DNA of 64,000 nt from the NCBI GenBank assembly GCA_963802225.1, contig CAWDHZ010000036.1, positions 79,343 through 143,342 on the forward strand. Direction: 5' to 3'. The notes beneath the pieces are model-generated. The model saw only the letters and a list, made by a program, of their open reading frames with translations, did no database searches and was not told where the DNA came from. This DNA comes from an uncultured delta proteobacterium. GTDB taxonomy: Bacteria > Desulfobacterota > Syntrophia > Syntrophales > UBA2192. Both the position numbers and the translations under genes were made by a program. Of this stretch, positions 35,192 to 43,725 are shown in pieces; position 1 is the first letter of the stretch, and every line of letters begins with the position of its first letter.

Positions 35192-37171
35192 ATGAGTGTG
35201 CAGGACATTTCAGCAGCGGCGATAACAGAAAACAGCGGGGAGGAAAAGCGTCTCGTCCTGGTCGGTCACCCGAACGTGGGGAAAAGCAAAATCTTTTCTC
35301 TTCTGACACACCAATATGTCATTGTGTCCAACTACCCGGGCACGACGGTGGAGATCCGTTCCGGGAAGGCCACTGAGCTGGACTACCATGTAGTCGACAC
35401 GCCGGGGATAGGAGGTGTTGTACCCCGCAGTGAGGAGGAACGGGTTGCCCTCCAGACCCTCTTGAGCGATCATGTCGCGGGCATCCTGCAGGTCGGGGAT
35501 GCCAAGAACCTCCGGAGGACACTCCTTTTGACGCTTGGTCTCATCGAGACGGGTCTGCCGCTCGTCCTGGATCTCAATATGGCCGACGAGGCGGAGAAGA
35601 AAGGGTACCGCGTCGATAGGGCAAGGCTGTCCCGGAGCCTGGGGTTTCCCGTTGCCATGACGGTCGCCACGGAAGGCAGGGGCAAAGATGAACTCCTGGA
35701 TGCCCTGCGACGACCGGCGAGATCGCCGATACGAATCACCTACGATCCGCGGGTGGAAGCTGCCGCCCTGCAGATCGCGGATCACCTGCCGGATTATCGC
35801 ATATCCAAGAGGGCCATCGCCCTGACGCTTCTGTCGGCCAACCCCTCCCTGGTGGATAATCTGCTGGGTAGGCATGAAAAGGCATGCCGCGCAGTCAAGG
35901 AGATCATCGCCCGGACGCAGAGCGAGGTTCTCGAACCCCTGCAGCAGTTGATCATGAATGCCAGGACTGCCTGTGTCGAAAGGCTGATCCGCGAATGCCA
36001 GACGATGGCGAAAGGGCCAGGCTTCCGATCACGATTCGCCGGGTTCCTGGACCGGGTATCCATCCACCCGCTGTGGGGCGCAGTGATGCTGTTCGGCATT
36101 CTCTTTGTGATTTATGAATTTGTGGGTGTCTTTGCCGCCGGCACGGTCGTCGACTTTTTCCAGGAAGTCATCTTCGGGGAGGTTCTTCTCCCGCCGGTTG
36201 TCCAGCTCGTATCCCATATCCCGTTCGTTGTCCTCCGAGATTTCCTCGTGGGGCCCTACGGTCAGATCACCATGGGCATCACGCTGGCCCTCGGCATCGT
36301 ATTGCCGACCGTGACAGCCTTCTTTTTGGTGTTTTCCATCCTCGAGGATACCGGCTACCTTCCCAGGCTGCAGGTGATGCTGAACCGTATTTTTTCGTTC
36401 GTCGGGCTGAACGGCAAGGCCGTCATACCCATCGTCCTGGGATTCGGGTGCGGCACGATGGCTGTGATCGTGACGCGGATCCTGGAAACCAGGCGTGAAA
36501 GGATTATCGCCACACTGATCCTCGCGCTCGGGATTCCCTGTGCCCCGCAGATGGGCCTCATTCTCGGTCTGTTCGCAAAGATCGGTTTCATCCCTCTCGT
36601 TCTTTTCTTCGCCTTCCTGACAGGTCAACTGATCGCAGCCGGCTGGCTGGCCTCGAAGCTGTTCCCGGGGGAGACGACGGCTTTCGTCACGGAGCTGCCG
36701 CCCTATCGGCTCCCGCAGGTAAAAAATATCGCCAGCAAGACGGTCTATCGATCCTACTGGTTTATCCGGGAGGTGATACCCTGGTTTCTCGTGGGGACGG
36801 CCATGCTCTTCCTGGCTGATCTTACGGGGGTGCTTCCGGAGCTCAAGAGGCTTCTGGAGCCCGTCGTCGTCGGGATGCTCGATCTGCCGGCACAGACCTC
36901 GGAAGGCTTCATCCTGGGCTTTCTGCGCAGGGAATATGTGGCGGCGTATTTTTTTGACATGTACGGAAAGGGCCTGCTGAACAATCTCCAGGCTTTTGTC
37001 GCCACCATGGTGATGACGCTGTTCATTCCCTGCACGGCAAGCACCTTTGTGATCATCAAGGAGAGAGGCATCGGGGTAGGACTCGCCATCGTAAGTCTGG
37101 TTACGGTCTATGCCATTGTTGCCGGAGCGATCATCAACGTTGTGCTTCGGCTCATGCACATCACTTTCTGA
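35192..37171 (+). CDS. feoB: ferrous iron transporter FeoB
   Basis: N-terminal G domain (GHPNVGKS, DTPG) followed by a polytopic membrane domain; 659 aa. Confidence 0.95.
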   Translation: MSVQDISAAAITENSGEEKRLVLVGHPNVGKSKIFSLLTHQYVIVSNYPGTTVEIRSGKATELDYHVVDTPGIGGVVPRSEEERVALQTLLSDHVAGILQVGDAKNLRRTLLLTLGLIETGLPLVLDLNMADEAEKKGYRVDRARLSRSLGFPVAMTVATEGRGKDELLDALRRPARSPIRITYDPRVEAAALQIADHLPDYRISKRAIALTLLSANPSLVDNLLGRHEKACRAVKEIIARTQSEVLEPLQQLIMNARTACVERLIRECQTMAKGPGFRSRFAGFLDRVSIHPLWGAVMLFGILFVIYEFVGVFAAGTVVDFFQEVIFGEVLLPPVVQLVSHIPFVVLRDFLVGPYGQITMGITLALGIVLPTVTAFFLVFSILEDTGYLPRLQVMLNRIFSFVGLNGKAVIPIVLGFGCGTMAVIVTRILETRRERIIATLILALGIPCAPQMGLILGLFAKIGFIPLVLFFAFLTGQLIAAGWLASKLFPGETTAFVTELPPYRLPQVKNIASKTVYRSYWFIREVIPWFLVGTAMLFLADLTGVLPELKRLLEPVVVGMLDLPAQTSEGFILGFLRREYVAAYFFDMYGKGLLNNLQAFVATMVMTLFIPCTASTFVIIKERGIGVGLAIVSLVTVYAIVAGAIINVVLRLMHITF

Positions 37172-37182
37172 GAGGATGCGAA

Positions 37183-37917
37183 ATGGAAGAAACCTGCAAA
37201 CCCTGCACGGCCGAGGAACGGGAGGAAATTCTCGAGGAGATCTGGACAACCCTCGAGTTGGACCGGATCACCCCCCAACCGGGATCCCGCATAGGGCTTG
37301 CAAAGCTCGGCAACGGGCAGAGACTTTCTTCCCTCATTCAGGGGGGAGACATCCGCACCGAGGCTGACAAAGCCGTCCTGACGGAGCAGGGGTATCAGAA
37401 GGCAAAGGAGATCATGAGGAATCACCGGCTGGCGGAGAGGCTTCTCCACGATGTCCTGAATCTCCAGAGCGACGAGATGGAGCGTTCGGCCTGCCGCTAC
37501 GAACACATGCTGGACACAGAAGCGGCCGACTCCATCTGCATCCTGCTCGGCCACCCCAGGACCTGTCCCCATGGCAAATTCATCCCGCCGGGGGAGTGCT
37601 GTGACGCCGGCGAAACATCGCTGAGGCCCCTCGTGGTGCCCCTGACGGAGCTCGATTCCGGGGAAGACGCGACGGTGGCCTACGTGGGAACCCGGGACAA
37701 CGGAAGGCTTTCGTATCTCACGTCTCTAGGCGTGGTCACGGGGAGGCCCCTGCAGCTTGTGCAGAAGAGGCCTTCGTTCATCGTGAAGGTTGATGAGAAT
37801 TCCGTGGCTTTCGATGAATCCATCGCCAGGGAGATTTTTGTCAGACCCGCCTTGAGGCGACGATCGCAGGACAGAGGGGGGCACCGCTGGAGGCTGCGGT
37901 GGGGCGGCGGCAGGTGA
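37183..37917 (+). CDS. DtxR-family metal-dependent regulator with C-terminal FeoA (SH3-like) domain
   Basis: HRLAERLL dimerisation/metal-site region, EHMLD, CPHG, then a FeoA-like L.EL..G....V block. Arg-rich tail. Confidence 0.7.
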   Translation: MEETCKPCTAEEREEILEEIWTTLELDRITPQPGSRIGLAKLGNGQRLSSLIQGGDIRTEADKAVLTEQGYQKAKEIMRNHRLAERLLHDVLNLQSDEMERSACRYEHMLDTEAADSICILLGHPRTCPHGKFIPPGECCDAGETSLRPLVVPLTELDSGEDATVAYVGTRDNGRLSYLTSLGVVTGRPLQLVQKRPSFIVKVDENSVAFDESIAREIFVRPALRRRSQDRGGHRWRLRWGGGR

Positions 37918-37967
37918 TCGGGAAACCGGACGACGGACAATGGATACGGTGAGAAGGTAGAGGAGCC

Positions 37968-38366
37968 ATGGAACAATCGATCCGGTTGACAAAGCGCAGG
38001 AGTCTCGTCCTCGACATTCTTCGGGAGCACGGCCATCTCGATGCCTACGAGCTCCTGGAGCTGGCCCGTCAGAAGGACTCCCGGATCAGTCTTGCGACGG
38101 TGTATCGTGCCCTGGCCTATTTCCGGCAGCGGGATGTGATCCGCGGGCGGACCTTCGGCGAAGGACACACCCATTTCGAAATCCACGACGCCGAAACGGG
38201 CAGCCATGCCCATTTTATCTGCACGGGCTGCGGCAGTCTCCGGGAGATCACCGGCCGGTTCATGGGGGATCTGGAGCAGCTGGCAAAGAAAGAAAAATTC
38301 CGCATCTCCAGGGTCCATCTCGACATGTTCGGGCTCTGTGAAGAGTGCGCTGTCAAAGAACCTTGA
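37968..38366 (+). CDS. fur: Fur family transcriptional regulator
   Basis: LT.RR..VLDIL......DAYEL.......D.RISLATVYR.L, HTHFEIH, and CxxC...CxxC. Confidence 0.85.
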   Translation: MEQSIRLTKRRSLVLDILREHGHLDAYELLELARQKDSRISLATVYRALAYFRQRDVIRGRTFGEGHTHFEIHDAETGSHAHFICTGCGSLREITGRFMGDLEQLAKKEKFRISRVHLDMFGLCEECAVKEP

Positions 38367-38391
38367 AAGGATTCCGGGAGGATGAGAAGAC

Positions 38392-38982
38392 ATGGCGGTG
38401 GCGAGACGATTTGACGAGGTGATGTGCCGGTACTTCAGAAAAGCCGGGAAAGGCAATACGAAGGATGTTCTCGAGGCGGCAGGAAAGCACGCACGTGAGC
38501 GCGGCATCGAAACGATTCTTGTCCCTAGCGTAAGCGGCAGTACGGCGCTCGCTGCCGCAGAGGCATTTGGCGGGGGTGTGCGCATCATTGCCGTCACTCA
38601 CGTGGCGGGGTTCGAGGGGCCCAATGTCCAGGAAATGGGCATGGGAAACCGGAAACGTCTCGAATCGTCAGGGGTGCGCATCTTCACAGGCCAGCACGCT
38701 TTCGGGGGCGTGGGGCGGGCGGTGCGGAACAAGTTAGGGACCTACCAGGTCGATGAGATCATGGCCTGGACGCTGCGGACCTTCGGGCAGGGGACCAAGG
38801 TGGCCGTTGAGATTGCGCTTATGGCGTGCGATGCCGGTCTCGTGCGAACCGATGAGGATGTCATCTCGATGGGCGGGACCTGGAAGGGCGTGGACACGGC
38901 CCTTGTCATCCGTCCGGCAAACAGTTATCATTTTTTCGACATGAAGGTCCGGGAAGTCATCTGTAAGCCGAAGGAATTCTGA
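38392..38982 (+). CDS. pyruvate kinase C-terminal (alpha/beta) domain-like protein
   Basis: About 195 aa. Pattern G..NT...L..A...A.E.GI..I.V.S.SG.TA and a later G.GTKV..EI..MA.DAG, recalled as the stand-alone PK_C-like family. Confidence 0.5.
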   Translation: MAVARRFDEVMCRYFRKAGKGNTKDVLEAAGKHARERGIETILVPSVSGSTALAAAEAFGGGVRIIAVTHVAGFEGPNVQEMGMGNRKRLESSGVRIFTGQHAFGGVGRAVRNKLGTYQVDEIMAWTLRTFGQGTKVAVEIALMACDAGLVRTDEDVISMGGTWKGVDTALVIRPANSYHFFDMKVREVICKPKEF

Positions 38983-38985
38983 ATC

Positions 38986-39015
38986 GAGGGTAGCGGGTAT
39001 AGGGTCTAGGGTAAG
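38986..39015 (+). repeat. GGGT-heptad array (GGG-tagc-GGG-tata-GGG-tcta-GGG)
   Basis: Canonical G3N4G3N4G3N4G3 pattern, 4 nt after the upstream stop codon. Confidence 0.85.
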
Positions 39016-39039
39016 GACAAAGAAAAGAGGAGAAGAATC

Positions 39040-40239
39040 ATGCTGTCGGAGAGACTGCTGGAGAGTTATGCCGAGGTGCTCATCTGGGGTTTGAATACGG
39101 CAAGAAAAAAAAAGATCAGGAAGGGCGAAATCGTAAGGGTCAGTTTCGACTATCCGGCCATTCGGCTGGCGGAGATCCTCCAGAAAAAACTGATCGAGAG
39201 GGGAATCAACCCCATCCTCCGGTCCGGGCTGACACCGGCCATGGAAAAAAATTTCTATGGTCTTTCGGACAAAAAGCAGCTCACCTTTCTTGCCCCCGGC
39301 GACCGGGAGCTCTGCGAGCACATCCACGGCAACATCTATCTCTACGCCCCGGCGTCGCTCACACACCTGCGGGAGGTTGATCCCAAGAGGATCGCCACGG
39401 CCACCGTCGCCCGGAAAGTCCTGAAAGATATTCTGGACCGGCGGGACAGCGAGGGGAGCTTCGGGTGGACCCTGTGCATGATGCCAACCGATGAGCTTGC
39501 CCGGCAGGCGAAGCTGACGACGGCGCAATACGCAAAGCAGGTCGTCAGGGCCTGCTACCTCGATTGCGATGACCCGGTAGGGGAATGGGTGGAAATCTAC
39601 CGGGCAGTAAGCGGAATCAAGAAATGGCTCAATGGGATGAAGGTTGCCTTCTACCACATCGAGGGGGAAAGCGTGGATCTGAAGATCACACCCGGGGAGC
39701 ATCGCAAATGGGTGGGCATATCGGGGCACAATATCCCGAGCTTTGAGATCTTCCTCTCGCCGGACTGGAGGGGAACCGAGGGGCGTTATGTTGCCAATAT
39801 GCCGTCCTTCCGGAGCGGCAATTACGTGGCAGGGGTTGTCCTCGATTTTCGAAAGGGAATCGGGTCTGTCGTTCGGGCCGACGAGGGAGGGGAATTCACC
39901 CGAAAGCAACTCGCCATGGATGAGGGGGCAAACCGGATTGGAGAGTTCTCGCTGACGGACCGGCGATTCTCCCGGATCGACCGCTTCATGGCCAATACCC
40001 TCTACGACGAGAATTTCGGTGGGAAATACGGCAACTGTCACATTGCCTTCGGCTCATCCTACGCGGACACGTACTCGAAAAATCCGGCCGATCTCACGCC
40101 GGCCATGAAAAAAGACCTGGGATTCAACGACTCGGCGCTGCACTGGGACCTTGTCAACACGGAGTCCAAGACCGTTACGGCACAACTGACAACGGGAAAA
40201 AGGGTGATGGTCTATGATGAGGGGGTGTTTAAATACTGA
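39040..40239 (+). CDS. M29 family aminopeptidase (AmpS/PepS-like)
   Basis: 399 aa. C-terminal NTLYDENFGGKYGNCHIAFGSSY and HWDLV motifs resemble thermophilic metalloaminopeptidases. Confidence 0.65.
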   Translation: MLSERLLESYAEVLIWGLNTARKKKIRKGEIVRVSFDYPAIRLAEILQKKLIERGINPILRSGLTPAMEKNFYGLSDKKQLTFLAPGDRELCEHIHGNIYLYAPASLTHLREVDPKRIATATVARKVLKDILDRRDSEGSFGWTLCMMPTDELARQAKLTTAQYAKQVVRACYLDCDDPVGEWVEIYRAVSGIKKWLNGMKVAFYHIEGESVDLKITPGEHRKWVGISGHNIPSFEIFLSPDWRGTEGRYVANMPSFRSGNYVAGVVLDFRKGIGSVVRADEGGEFTRKQLAMDEGANRIGEFSLTDRRFSRIDRFMANTLYDENFGGKYGNCHIAFGSSYADTYSKNPADLTPAMKKDLGFNDSALHWDLVNTESKTVTAQLTTGKRVMVYDEGVFKY

Positions 40240-40287
40240 AAGGGTAAAGGGTATAGGGTAAAGGGTATAGGGTATAGGGTATAGGGT
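40239..40287 (+). repeat. GGGT-heptad array, 7 units (A(A/T)AGGGT)
   Basis: aaagggt aaagggt atagggt aaagggt atagggt atagggt atagggt: seven GGG tracts each spaced by exactly 4 nt, starting at the stop codon. Confidence 0.95.
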
Positions 40288-40346
40288 TTGATACCGTAGA
40301 GGATCCGTTCCGCAACAAGGTGGAATCGTCAGGTGAGGCCAGCCGC

Positions 40347-40538
40347 TTATTCTTCGATTTCGATCGCCTCGACGGGGCAGGACTCGGCGGCTTCGCGGCA
40401 GGCATCTTCGAGTTCCTCGGGGATGTCTTCGTCGAAACGGCAGACCGCAAGTTCATCCTGCATCTCGAAGACATCCGGGCAGATATCGGCACAGCTCTCA
40501 CAGCCGATGCAGAGATCCTCGATGACGTTGGCTCTCAT
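40347..40538 (-). CDS. small [4Fe-4S]/[3Fe-4S] ferredoxin
   Basis: CIGCESCADICP ... CP motif. AGGAGG RBS before MRANVIEDL (start 40538). Confidence 0.8.
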   Translation of the reverse strand: MRANVIEDLCIGCESCADICPDVFEMQDELAVCRFDEDIPEELEDACREAAESCPVEAIEIEE

Positions 40539-40693
40539 TTCCCCTCCTTTTTCCAACACCGGGTGGCTGACTCGAGGGCAGCCGCTGGAAAAGATCGAAA
40601 ATATGGGACGCGACGCTGTTTATGGATGATGTACCCTGGGAAAGTCAACTTTATTTTGTTATTATTTTTTGAGGAGCAGCGGCCGCAAACCCC

Positions 40694-40722
40694 TTGACAG
40701 GGTGAACAATCTGCCGATATTA
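40694..40722 (+). promoter_or_regulatory. sigma-70-type promoter candidate for sufC (TTGACA-17-ATATTA)
   Basis: Perfect -35 box and 17-nt spacer, about 75 nt upstream of the sufC start. Confidence 0.45.
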
Positions 40723-40797
40723 AATGAAATTTGATGTTCTGTGTGAATCAGTGCGCAAGGAACTTGAGCAAGCAAAGATTTTGCAAAGGAGGCAGGG

Positions 40798-41556
40798 ATG
40801 CTTCTCATTGAGGATCTTCAAGTAAAGCTGGGCGAGCGGGAGGTGCTGCGGCACATCGACCTGCAGATCAACTCCGGCGAGACTCACATCCTTTTCGGGC
40901 CGAACGGGTCCGGGAAGACGTCGCTTCTGATGACCATCATGGGCTATCCCCAGTACCGGGTGACGGCAGGGAAGATCACGTTCAAGGGAGTCGATATCAC
41001 GAACATGCCCATCAATGAGCGGGCGAAGCTCGGCATCGGCATGTCCTATCAGCGCCCGCCGACGGTCCACGGTCTCAAGACAAAACAGATGGTTCAAATC
41101 TGCAGCTCCGGCATGGACGTGGACATCGAGGGCATGGCGACGAGAATGAACTTAACGGACTTCCTCGAGAGGGACATCAACGCGGGCTTCTCGGGGGGTG
41201 AGATCAAGCGCTCGGAGCTGCTGCAGCTCATGGCGCAGAAGCCCGATCTGCTTCTGTTCGACGAGCCCGAATCGGGTGTCGACCTCGAGAATATCTCTCT
41301 CATCGGGAACACGATCAGCGAGCTTCTTCAGCGGGATGTCCATCCGTCGCCGGACAAGTCGCAGCGCCAGGTGCGCAGGGAGCGCACCCGGATGGGGCTC
41401 ATCATCACCCACACGGGTTTCATCCTGGATTACGTCACTGCCGACAAGGGGCAGGTTCTTTTCAACGGCGTGTTGTCCTGCTCGAACAATCCTACGGATA
41501 TCTTCATGTGCATCAAGGAAATGGGGTACGAGGAGTGTGTCAAATGCGCAATCTGA
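40798..41556 (+). CDS. sufC: Fe-S cluster assembly ATPase SufC
   Basis: GPNGSGKT Walker A, FSGGE signature, LLLFDEPESG Walker B, AAGGAGG RBS. Confidence 0.9.
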   Translation: MLLIEDLQVKLGEREVLRHIDLQINSGETHILFGPNGSGKTSLLMTIMGYPQYRVTAGKITFKGVDITNMPINERAKLGIGMSYQRPPTVHGLKTKQMVQICSSGMDVDIEGMATRMNLTDFLERDINAGFSGGEIKRSELLQLMAQKPDLLLFDEPESGVDLENISLIGNTISELLQRDVHPSPDKSQRQVRRERTRMGLIITHTGFILDYVTADKGQVLFNGVLSCSNNPTDIFMCIKEMGYEECVKCAI

Positions 41557-42755
41557 GCGAAAGAGCCCAGGGGGCCAAAGATAAGAAAGCCGCCATCGGT
41601 CCCGATGTGGACCTGTCCAGCTTTACCGCAGAGCCGGTCCGGCACGATTACGTGGAGGATCTGAAGAAGATTCCCGAGACAGACCGCCTGAGAATGATCC
41701 AGTCCGGGATCGACACCGCCGAGAGCGGGAGGTCGGGGACCTACATCCAGATGGACACGGCCGTTGTGCACTCCCACGCCAGACAGGAGGGCCTCGAGGT
41801 AATTCCCATTAAAGAGGCCCTCAAAAAGTATGAATGGGCCAGGGAGTACTACTGGAAGCTCGTCTCCGTCGATGCCGACAAGTACACGGCAGCAGCAGAG
41901 CTTCATCTGCATGACGGATACGTCATCCGGGCCCTGCCCGGCGCGAAGGCGATCTGGCCCGTGCAGGCCTGTCTTTACCTGGACAAGGAAAACATCAGCC
42001 AGTATGTCCACAACCTGATCATCGCCGAGGAAGGCTCGGAGCTCCACGTCATCACCGGCTGTGCGACGTCGCCGCATCTCAAGCGCGGACTTCACGTCGG
42101 TATCTCCGAATTCTTCGTCAAGAAGAACGCCAAGCTGAGCTTTACGATGATTCACCACTGGGCGGAGGAGGTGATGGTGAGGCCCCGCTCCGTGGGCATT
42201 GTCGAGGAGGGGGGACTTTTCCTGAACAACTACATCTGCATGAAACCCGTAAAGAGCCTGCAGATGTACCCCACGACACACCTCGTGGGCAAGGGTGCCG
42301 TCGCCCGCTTCTACAGCATTCTCGTCGGCTCCCCCGGCTCCGAGATGGACGTGGGCGGAAGGATCCTTCTCAAGGCCGAGAACACGAGGGCCGAGATTAT
42401 CGCGCGGGCCATCACCAACGGCGGGACGATCATCAGTCGCGGCGACCTCGTTGGCGAGGTCGCCGGTATCAAGGCCCACCTCGAGTGCAAGGGCATGATT
42501 CTCAACGGCGGCATCATTCACGCCATCCCTGAACTCCAGGGAAAGGTGGACGGCGTCGAGATGTCCCATGAGGCAGCCGTGGGCAAGATCGCCCAGGAAG
42601 AGATCATGTACCTCATGTCTCGCGGGCTATCCGAGGAAGAGGCAACTTCCACGATCGTCCGGGGATTCCTGAGCGTGGATATCCCGGGGCTGCCCCCGAA
42701 GCTCAAGGCTGAGATCGATCGGGCCATCGATCTGAGCTCGAAGGATGTGATGTAA
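41544..42755 (+). CDS. Fe-S cluster assembly SufB/SufD family protein
   Basis: SufBD beta-helix core pattern (ISRG...G....I.AHLEC.G.IL......HAIPEL.....DVEMSHEA.VGKI..EE..YLMSRGL.EEEA...IV.GF). Overlaps the sufC stop. Confidence 0.85.
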   Translation: MRNLSERAQGAKDKKAAIGPDVDLSSFTAEPVRHDYVEDLKKIPETDRLRMIQSGIDTAESGRSGTYIQMDTAVVHSHARQEGLEVIPIKEALKKYEWAREYYWKLVSVDADKYTAAAELHLHDGYVIRALPGAKAIWPVQACLYLDKENISQYVHNLIIAEEGSELHVITGCATSPHLKRGLHVGISEFFVKKNAKLSFTMIHHWAEEVMVRPRSVGIVEEGGLFLNNYICMKPVKSLQMYPTTHLVGKGAVARFYSILVGSPGSEMDVGGRILLKAENTRAEIIARAITNGGTIISRGDLVGEVAGIKAHLECKGMILNGGIIHAIPELQGKVDGVEMSHEAAVGKIAQEEIMYLMSRGLSEEEATSTIVRGFLSVDIPGLPPKLKAEIDRAIDLSSKDVM

Positions 42756-42812
42756 AGGAAGGATCGAGGAACGAGGATCGAAGGTACGAGGACAGAAACA
42801 GCAAGGATCGGG
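42756..42812 (+). repeat. GGA-rich degenerate array in the suf 3' UTR (7 GGA triplets)
   Basis: aaggaaggatcgaggaacgaggatcgaaggtacgaggacag...gcaaggatcgggga, directly after the stop codon. Confidence 0.7.
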
Positions 42813-42834
42813 GAATGCTCTCCGGTCCTTTTTT
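42805..42834 (+). terminator. rho-independent terminator after the suf genes
   Basis: GGAUCGGGGA-augc-UCUCCGGUCC (10 bp including 2 G-U pairs) followed by UUUUUU. Confidence 0.75.
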
Positions 42835-42857
42835 ATGAGAGGTGTCATCAACAACCT

Positions 42858-43697
42858 GTGATTGATTCCCGGGAGACTCTGGGATATGAACGATCCATGA
42901 TCCAGGGGCTCCCCGAACCGGTCCGCGCCATCCTTGACACCCTGAGAGATGTCACGGGCAGGGATGTGCAGTTTGTCCGAAAGCCGGACCTGAAGTCCCT
43001 CGCCCGGATCCGGATGACCGGCGGCGCCTCGGCCGCCCACGTGCTGTTCTACCGTGACGAACAGGACCCGCGCATCCATCATGTGATTGCCAACGAGTGC
43101 GGCCATTTGATCCGTCTGTTCGTCGCTCCGCCGGGCAAGCGCCTCGTGGCCGTCGCCAACGAGCGGACCCAGGCGAGCTACCGCGAAGTGATCCGGGAAG
43201 ACATCCAGAGGCTCTCGCTCATCCATGGGCTCGATACGCTGAGGACCTTCATCCCGCTGTGGTATGAAAGTGTGGTCTTCCAGCTTACGCGAATGCCCCC
43301 CGACATCATGATCGAGCGCTGGCTCTACGAAGAGTACCCTGACATGCGCGACATTCAGCTCGCGGCCCTGCGGGAGCAGCATGAAAAGGCCGTTTCGGTC
43401 CTGTCCGGAAATTACCGCCGCATGACACCCGGGAAGATATACGAGGTCTCCCAGGTCATGAATTATGTCTTTTTCAGGCTCGCGGGAGAGCTTATGGGGA
43501 TCCGTCTCATCGACGCTTACGAGAAAAGCCGCTACATGCTGGAAGGGGAGGAGCTGGCGATCTGGACGGCCGGACATTACAGCGAGGACCACGAGGGGGA
43601 TGTGTCCGTCATCGACACCTGGGCCCGAGCGCTTCAACTCTCGGAATGGTTCGAATGGCGGCGCTTCGACGAGATATCCCAGGACCCGCTGCACTGA
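42858..43697 (+). CDS. hypothetical protein (279 aa from GTG 42858; ATG alternative at 42897)
   Basis: Long ORF with normal codon usage and no strong antisense competitor in its 5' half. No motif I recognise except a degenerate HExxH-like NECGH. Confidence 0.5.
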   Translation: MIDSRETLGYERSMIQGLPEPVRAILDTLRDVTGRDVQFVRKPDLKSLARIRMTGGASAAHVLFYRDEQDPRIHHVIANECGHLIRLFVAPPGKRLVAVANERTQASYREVIREDIQRLSLIHGLDTLRTFIPLWYESVVFQLTRMPPDIMIERWLYEEYPDMRDIQLAALREQHEKAVSVLSGNYRRMTPGKIYEVSQVMNYVFFRLAGELMGIRLIDAYEKSRYMLEGEELAIWTAGHYSEDHEGDVSVIDTWARALQLSEWFEWRRFDEISQDPLH

Positions 43698-43725
43698 GCC
43701 GCCATGCCGGATGATCCGAAAAGTT

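Noticed and set aside
40239-40287. Short tandem arrays as CRISPR arrays or miniature CRISPR remnants.
   Set aside because: Units are 7-11 nt with no unique spacers, and there are no cas genes. The structure is incompatible with CRISPR.
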